Below, one piece after another: positions 56,284-64,000 of a stretch of 64,000 bases of DNA. Origin of the DNA: Marsupella aquatica. Lineage: Eukaryota > Plantae > Marchantiophyta. Below the pieces are notes generated by a model, which searched no databases, was not told the origin of the DNA, and was given only the letters and a program-made list of their open reading frames with translations. Position 1 is the first letter of the stretch. Every line of letters starts with the position of its first letter. The stretch lies in NCBI GenBank assembly GCA_973895155.1, contig OZ316894.1, positions 26,521,240 to 26,585,239 on the forward strand. Reading direction: 5' to 3'. Position numbers and translations under genes: made by a program.

Positions 56284-57516
56284 ATGGCGATGTCTTCGGC
56301 CTCTGGGGCTACGTTGGCAATATCCTCCCTTGCTTCTGAGATTTTTAGATGTCCCCACAATTCGATTCCGGTCAAATCAGTGAAGGTGCGGTCTTGTCCT
56401 CAACGGTTGTCGAGAGTTATGGCCATTACTTCCACCCCTCAGCAGGACGTGGGAGTTTTGCATAGCAATGAATCCAAAGCAACTGTTCGTGTTGGAGTGC
56501 TTGGAGCAAGTGGTTACACTGGCTCAGAGATTGTACGACTTTTGGCAACACATCCAGCACTCAGTGTGACAGTGATGACAGCTGATCGGAAAGCCGGCCA
56601 GTCTCTTGCAAGTGTCTTCCCCCATTTGATGACTCAGAACCTCCCAGATATGGTGGCTGTTAAGGACGCAGACTTCTCAGAAGTTGATGCCGTTTTCTGC
56701 TGCTTGCCTCACGGGACAACTCAGGAAATTATTGCTGCATTGCCCAAGGGTTTGAAGGTTGTAGATCTGTCAGCTGATTTCCGATTGAGGGATGTGAATG
56801 AGTACAAAGAGTGGTACAATGGAGAGCACCGTGCACCTCAATTGCAAAAAGAGGCAGTATATGGATTGACAGAATTGCACAGAGAAGAAGTCCGAAATGC
56901 TCGGCTTGTAGCGAACCCAGGCTGTTATCCTACTGCTATTCAGCTTCCACTTGTTCCGCTCCTTAAGGCCGGGCTGATCGAGAAGGAGGGTATCATCATC
57001 GATGCTAAATCGGGAGTTAGTGGTGCAGGTCGTGCCGCCAAGGAGGCGAATTTGTATACTGAAGTGGCAGAGGGGATGAAGGCATATGGAGTGACCAGAC
57101 ATCGGCATGTTCCTGAGATTGAACAGGGACTTGAAGAAGCAACTGGCTCAGAGGTGACTATAAGCTTCACCCCACATCTCATTCCTATGAGTCGAGGAAT
57201 GCAGGCAACTAATTATGTGCAGCTGAAGGATGGCGCAAGTATTGAAGATCTGCGTGATCACCTTATCAAAACATACCAAAATGATGAGTTTGTGCGAGTG
57301 ATGCCAAGTGGTATTGTTCCTGTTACTGCTCACGTGAGGGGCTCCAATTACTGCCTCATCAATGTCTTCGAAGATCGTATTCCTGGAAGAGCAATCATTA
57401 TTTCTGTGATAGATAATTTAGTCAAGGGCGCATCTGGTCAAGCCGTACAAAATATGAATTTGATGCTAGGTTTACCCGAGACCCTCGGGCTTCTCCAACA
57501 GCCCATGTTTCCCTGA
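56284..57516 (+). CDS. argC: Plastid N-acetyl-gamma-glutamyl-phosphate reductase (arginine biosynthesis), intronless, 410 aa
   Basis: Transit peptide, then Rossmann GVLGASGYTG, FCCLPHG, VDLSADFRL, YGLTE, catalytic ANPGCYPT, DAKSGVSGAGR, HRHVPEI and DNLVKGASGQAVQNMN. Confidence 0.98.
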   Translation: MAMSSASGATLAISSLASEIFRCPHNSIPVKSVKVRSCPQRLSRVMAITSTPQQDVGVLHSNESKATVRVGVLGASGYTGSEIVRLLATHPALSVTVMTADRKAGQSLASVFPHLMTQNLPDMVAVKDADFSEVDAVFCCLPHGTTQEIIAALPKGLKVVDLSADFRLRDVNEYKEWYNGEHRAPQLQKEAVYGLTELHREEVRNARLVANPGCYPTAIQLPLVPLLKAGLIEKEGIIIDAKSGVSGAGRAAKEANLYTEVAEGMKAYGVTRHRHVPEIEQGLEEATGSEVTISFTPHLIPMSRGMQATNYVQLKDGASIEDLRDHLIKTYQNDEFVRVMPSGIVPVTAHVRGSNYCLINVFEDRIPGRAIIISVIDNLVKGASGQAVQNMNLMLGLPETLGLLQQPMFP

Positions 57517-58124
57517 GACATTTCCACATCAGTTTTGTGTAATGTAGAGCGTAATCGACTGTCCCTAACACAGTAGTAGCCACTTTGAGTAGGAGAAAGT
57601 CTTCTTACCATGATGGACAAGAATTCGACAATTTTGGAATTTGTAAAATCAGTGCGACCTGAATAGCTTCTTCGGCATTTGCTGGTCAAGGCGATTGCCA
57701 CTTGATGGTTAGGAGTTAAAGTACCAGGGGCTTGAGATGACAGACTTGCTGAGCATACGTTTCCTTCATACAAGACAAATTAGAATCGAAGGGAAGATAT
57801 GATACTTGGACTCACGAAGTTCACGTGCAAAAGTAGAACTAAAGACGCCATCTAGCAATAGACCTCGAGAAACCTTGTCTTGGAATCCATCTGGATACAA
57901 ATGGTTGTGGTCTTGATACCTGATAACTAGTGATTGCGGTGTGTGCTCAGGTTAGAAAGGACACACAGTTTTGATTTGGTTGACATTCACATAGGGAAAG
58001 GATTTCTTTGGCAAAAGAAGCCCCATGAAAGACTCAACCTTGCCGAAATCCCAACAACCTCGTAATTGACAGTAATGAATAACCCGACCCGTAAATTTGC
58101 TTAAAGATCTTGTGATCTGCCGCA

Positions 58125-58480
58125 GCTGTAGGCTTGCGTGTATACAAAAGGTAACGGTTGGACAAGGGAGAATGCTGGTTGAATTGTTGAGGTTTTATAT
58201 TAATATAATAACATAGAATGAGTGCGGCTCAAAATTCATTAAAGATTGGCTGTAGGCTTGCGTGTATACAAAAGGTGTAACAGTAGGACAAGGGAGAATG
58301 CTCGTTGAACTGTTGAGGTTTTATACTAATATAATAATATCATAGAATGAGTGCAGGCTTGCGTGTATACAAAAGGTGTAACAGTAGGACAAGGGAGAAT
58401 GCTTGTTGAACCGTTGAAAGTTTATACTAATATAATAATATCATAGAATGAGTGCCGCTCAGAATTCATTAAAGATTGGC
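58125..58480. repeat. ~105-125-bp tandem repeat x3 between the convergent argC and MED25 genes
   Basis: AGGCTTGCGTGTATACAAAAGGT..GGACAAGGGAGAATGCT..CATAGAATGAGTGC units start at ~58125, 58249 and 58355. Confidence 0.93.
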
Positions 58481-59057
58481 CTTACGTCACTTGAGAAAAA
58501 AATACAGATACTTGAGGACCCTGGTTACTCCTGATGCATTGCGCTGAGTATTCAATAAGATGTTCACGAGGAACATGGCTCTGGTATCTTCATTACTTCT
58601 GATTCCCTCACTACTTCTGTCGAGCCCCAGTTTCATAGCCAACGATCACTACCGCTCTAGTGTCTGTGAGATGCTCAGGAAAACAGCTCTCCAGATTCCT
58701 CGCTAGATCATACGGCGAAGAACTAAGCCAACACCCTTTCCTCCGAATGGGTGCCAGCCAAGTAATTTTGTGAATATGAATTAGGTACCTGAGTGCATTT
58801 TGAACCCAATTTTTGCTAACCATTTGGGCTACTTTGTCTGCGGAACCACAGTAGTTTAGTTGCTTTCACGGTGTTCTACTAAATTTGACCCTTTTTGGCT
58901 TCCTCTTGGATATGTTGATCATTTTGATCACCAAAATGCTTTAGAGTGGTTTTCGTGTGGGTTGCTTCGATCACCACTTACACAACCCACCATATTACTT
59001 ATTCACTCATGTTTGCATCACTGTGTCAAGTCTCACAACTTATTTTTGGATTGCTGT

Positions 59058-59218
59058 GCTCGTCACCTTTGTCACTGATACTAGGAGTGACTGTCTGTCC
59101 TTATCAGCTTTTGCTGTCTTCAAGTAACTCCTAGTATCAATGACAAAGTCTTCCTAGTATCAGTGACAAAGTTGACGAGCTTTTGCTGTCTTCACATATC
59201 CAAACAAGTTACTTGAAG
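59058..59218. other. Fold-back (inverted repeat) cluster able to form a long hairpin
   Basis: 59058-59086 and 59152-59180 are reverse complements at 28/29 positions. An alternative arm at 59127-59148 pairs with 59067-59088 at 21/22. 59118-59129 pairs with 59207-59218. Confidence 0.85.
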
Positions 59219-60072
59219 TTAACAAAAGCATGTCACCTCAATTCAGTTGGGGTGCTTGAAACCCAATGGCAGTTTTTCATTATTTTGTAACTCTGGCATG
59301 ATCTTGCAGAGTTATCCACTGCCAGCTGTAAGAGCGACTCTGTTCATCAAGATTTAGGTGTGAACAGATACAAAATGGTTATGCTCAAAAGAGTGAAAGT
59401 ACATGACATCATCTCAACATACAATAACACAATTCCAAAATGTGCATCACATCTCAAGAAAGGCAATCATCACACTCGTGACTTGCCAGGAAAATTGGAT
59501 ACCGTTTGACTCTCTGGTGCCAACCAGATATTCTGGCCACGAAGATACTCAACTTTGGATGCCATAAGAGTGAGGGCTTCACGATTGAACAGTTACTCTT
59601 TAAACAAGTATGGTCCAATCAATCTCTCTGGCTACCTGTTCTGCAAACAGTCGAAGTCACCCTCACCTTCAGTCTAATGTCAAGATTCCTTTTCAATTAT
59701 GCCGTGTAACTCTCTCCGCTTTGGCCCCACCTAACTAATTGAACAGACACTGCTCTTGTTCGCAAACTCACTACTGTAGCCCTAACTAACACGCGAGGGG
59801 CCCCTTTTCACCCAACCATGCCTAGACTAACATACAAATAACGTGGACTCAGGGATTCCAGTGTATTATCCATCTATTATCACTGCATTACAGCCCAAAA
59901 TGCTTTGGTAATGGGGAATTACTATATTCAAAATGAATTATCAGGAGAGCCCACAACTGGAAACAAATGACTTTAGGCAAAAAACAGGAGTGCATCCTGA
60001 AATTCAACGCGTAATTTCATCGCTGGGGAAGAGCCTTTTTTGCTGGACTGCCAATCGAAAATGGCTTCTAAA

Positions 60073-63000
60073 TCATGGCAAGAACCCTGTACCATGGAGA
60101 CTTGAGGGCCCAGGTGGCAATAATTGGGACCGAGGTTGCTGATTTGGCAGTTGATTTGGTAATTGGTTGTTTGGAAGCTGATTCTGTAATTGATTTTGTA
60201 GCGGGTTCTGTGAAAAATTATTTGGTGCAACGGCTTGAGCTGTGCCACCGGATGCTGTCTGTTGTTGACTTGATACCTGAGGCTTGATCTGGACCATATC
60301 CTGCCACAAAGAGAACTTAACAGTCAAGAGTGTACATATCCGTATTCTAATAAGAGAGGAGCAGTGCATGAACACTAACGGAGTGAAGTAGAACAACCAC
60401 CTCTGTTTTCACAATTGGTGCCAACCAACAACTACCAGAAACACTCAAGATTACCTCTCGTTATATTGCAAAGAGAATCAAAGGTGCAATTCTCACCCCT
60501 GGAAAGAGCATTCCTATCATTCTCCCCGGTTTTTCAGTGCTGGCGAGCAGCAACGTCTGGCTTGGTAATTGAATTACAGCACACTGTTCACCAGAAAGAG
60601 CATTAGTTCAATAATATACTGAACAGTACATAGCGCACTGCATGATTCATAAAGGCTTACTTTCCAGCTATGCTCAAAACGAGACTTAAAATCAAGCCCT
60701 CCTATCACTATCCCAGATGCTCTACATCAATGTGTGTGCTCCCGCTAGAAGATAAAGCGAGAAAAGCGATCCTTGGCAGAATTTCCTCTTTCAGAAAAAG
60801 GCATCAAATTCGGCCTGTAGCGCCAAAGGGTATGATGGCGAATTACAAGATCTCACTTTTGAAGGCAGTCATGAAATGCATCAACAGAGAATCAATTTCA
60901 CTGTCGCAAATGGACTGAAAATAGACGCAAATGATCCTGTAAGCGTGGATGGGTCGTCCAACACAAAAAATCTGACTCTTGTATCACGTCTTATAGACAC
61001 AAGATCCAAAATCACTTAACGACAGCAGCTACTTACAAGCTTTTTCTCTGCCAATTGTACAAGAAAGTCATGTGGAGTAAGTGGGCGGAAAACAAGTAAT
61101 TCAGCCTTGCGTTGGTAATCCCTGCAGAAGTCAGAGAATGGACCCTCAGCATCAATTCTTTTCCGATTCCTTGAGCAATCAGCAAAGTCAATAATCTAAT
61201 ATGCATATACAGCAGAGACCACGCCATGACTTTGAAGGATAAATGGAACTTTCTATATCGTATATGCAACACGAATACAAGAATATTGGGAACTTTCTCC
61301 AGTTTCAAATGTTCTACCTCTTTCCCTTAGGTGCTCAGAATGCAAAGAATAATAAGAAATTTCATGTAGATTCTCGCGATGATGACTGCACATGCAAAAT
61401 GTATCACTCCCAATTTCACACCTTAATGATCGATACAGAGGCCCTATCTTCTTTATGAAACTCAAAACAGAACAAATTCAAATTTTAATCCATACTTTTG
61501 ATTCATATAGTCCTGTGGTATGAGTCGCATTATCTGCATTGTGCCAGGCCAGTCCGCAGCCAGCCTGTAGAATCCACATAGAGCATAGTTTCAGATTACT
61601 CTCCAAAAGCAAGCTAAATAGGTCATGTTAGAAACACACAATCCACCTTACAAGTCGAACACGTTCTTGCAACCAATATTGACCGCTTATAACCGCTTAT
61701 AACGCTTGACAGCAAGGACAGAGAACTGTGATAGTGCTAGTAGTGAGCAATACAGACAGCTGATTCGGGCCTTATGAAATGGCCTTTCACGAATGACTAT
61801 ACTTCATGTTCAGTTTATGCTTCAGTGAAGGGAATTTGAGAGATCATTCATACGTGTCTGGTGACGATGTCTGGCGGTATCCCTGTTGCAATTCCAAAAC
61901 GAGGGAATGATTAAAATCCTTCAATCTCCATATGCTAAAGTGGTAAAAGATCCTTTATCTCTGCCATACCACTGGATCGTAATAGGTTGCCACTGCGCAA
62001 GACTTTAATATATGATGATAGCTTCAGCATTTCGCATCACTGGAAGTCACGAACTGTGGCTTGAGAAACCTGCTCATTATAAGTGTTCTCTAAAACAAAA
62101 AGATTGTATCTGGCATTCAACGATCACAGTGACCATAAAGGGAGCCCATAATATAGGTATTGATTCACTATTATCGGACATAAACACCGCTGCAACCTTC
62201 ATAGTACAGTTTGACCATGGAAACTAACAGGTGGTAAAAAAAGAGCTTGCATATGCATTCAAACAGCAACGAGCTGATGGCAGCAAAGGAAATCCTTCCT
62301 GAACAAATTGCTCAAGGTTGTCATGTGATCTAAGCTAGTATGGCTCCCCCTCACATACTGGAGAGATACCAGTTAAATTGCCATTCAGAAGTGATTTGTT
62401 AAGGAATCCAAGGCTCCACGCCAATCAAGCTCTTTTCATCTACTTACAAAACGAAAGTACTTTGCATAATTAATCATTGTACTATTCAACTTCGGACAGG
62501 AGATTCATCTGACCTCGAGCTTGCAGATAGGAATGGGAACAACATTCCCTTTTCTCTGCCCTGCCAGAATGCCCTGCAGAGACAAAGCCTTCGTTAAAGT
62601 TCGGGCAACTAGTGACGTGCATAAGCCTTCAGGTTGATCTATTCCCATGTAGATCAGCTCTTTTGTACCTCAACGAAATCTCTGGAGAAGGGAATATCTT
62701 TTTATTAGGAAACAAAAGGAAAGAAAACACAATACCAGAAGTGAAGAAAATGGCACTAACCTCCCATAACCTAGTATACTTCAGAGAGTTGGAACCAGGC
62801 TGCTGTGGTGGAGTCCCAGTGGTGGGTACGGGAGGAAGAGGCGCTGGAACTCCTGTATTAGTATTGACTCCATGTGGCTGCACTTGACCTGGTGATTGAG
62901 GCACTGTTGTCGGCATCATTGTCCCGGTCACCGAAGTTCCAATTGCAGTAGTTCCATTTGCATTTCCAACACCACCCATTATGGTTTGCCCAGGAAGAAC

Positions 63001-63844
63001 AAGCCCGGTTTGAACCATTGGGTTCAAGGGATTTAGGCCGCTTTGACTACCTAATCCAGTAACGGATCCCTGCCCAGTAACTGGACCTCCAACATTTACA
63101 GCTGATGGAGGTTGTGAAGACCCCATAATAGTGTTACCACCTAGTGTTGTTGAGCCAGAACTATAACTAGGATGCACAGTCCCAACACCCACACCTTGAC
63201 CACCCCCTGTGCTAGGGATCAAGCCAACACCACCGGACTGTCCACTGATACCCAAAGTACCCTGCGGTCCTGATAAGGAACCAGTTCCCCCACTGGCAGT
63301 TGGCATCATTGTCGAAACTGGCACTCCAACCCCAGAAGGTTGCAGCCCACTTAATGGGCTGGCTGGTGGCAAGGACGGAGAACCGATTGTATGGCGTGAT
63401 TGAGAGGGACTATGTACCATCATGTTATTATTAGGGAGACCACTTGCACCAACAGATCTAAGTGGTTGTGAAGCAGGTATGTTTCCAAGAGCCTTGAAGT
63501 CCGGGACTGGATCCTGAGAAGTCAAAGAAGTGAACGATTGAATTGTATCTTGACTGGAAATGGGGGCGGAGGATGCGACCGGCTGCATTGGAGCTGTAAG
63601 GTTGTTGTTTGTATTGGTCTGCAGAAGGGAAGGAAGTGCCCCCGATGTGACTGCCTCCTGAAATAAGCAACGTGTCAATTACCTTTGACAAGGAACACAT
63701 CAATTATGAGCTTAAGAAATACGGCCATAAAGGAAAACTACGAGGCAATAAACATGATCAGAAAAAAAGTGTAAAGAAGCACCGTTTTCACAGTGATAGG
63801 TTGCATAGGCATATTTGGCCCTCGTCCAGACATGACTCCAATTC
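60073..63844 (-). CDS. MED25: Mediator subunit 25 (MED25/PFT1), 3' portion; the 5' exons lie beyond the window
   Basis: Exons 63844-63783; 63657-62761 (G/S/P-rich, ending KYTRLWE); ~62573-62514 (GILAGQRKGNVVPIPICKLE); ~61882-61854 (GYRQTSSPD); ~61564-61496 (LAADWPGTMQIMRLIPQDYMN); ~61121-61037 (KAELLVFRPLTPHDFLVQLAEKKL); ~60583-60497 (CAVIQLPSQTLLL..GMLFPG); 60300-60073 (DMVQIKPQ.. Q/N-rich tail, then stop). These match the plant MED25 ACID domain. Confidence 0.93.
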
Positions 63845-64000
63845 CTGCCATATCAAAAAAGAAAATCAATCGCAACCAAAACTTTTAAATTTCTGCACCA
63901 AAGCAATCATGTCCTTTTACCCAGTAAGATCAACTCGTACCAAAAACCGAGTGACCTACTCCTCACTGAAATCAAAGAATGTTTTTGGTATCATACATGT

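Overview
Eukaryotic nuclear DNA from a land plant; the gene and repeat style suggests a bryophyte, possibly a liverwort, but that is inference. Six protein genes can be supported by manual translation and GT-AG splicing. They are plastid enoyl-ACP reductase (FabI/MOD1, 12 exons, +), SMC5 (~30 exons, +), an intronless CRT-like transporter (CLT, -), an unrecognised 4-exon C2H2-like zinc-finger gene (+), an intronless plastid argC (+), and the 3' part of MED25/PFT1 (-), which runs off the window. The intergenic DNA (1-6.4 kb, 11-30 kb, 44.7-48.3 kb, 53-56 kb) is mostly transposon relics. These include seven Helitron-type 3' termini, a 297-bp MITE with perfect TIRs and an 8-bp TSD, a tRNA-derived SINE with a TSD, and a Harbinger-type Myb/SANT pseudogene. 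There is also a Gag relic with two zinc knuckles, an array of 20-bp palindromes, and many tandem duplications. I found no CRISPR array, rRNA or intact tRNA, and no clearly new multi-gene system. The best leads are the orphan zinc-finger gene, the two intronless genes, the fold-back at ~59.1 kb and the palindrome array. Exon coordinates were counted by hand and may be off by a few bases.
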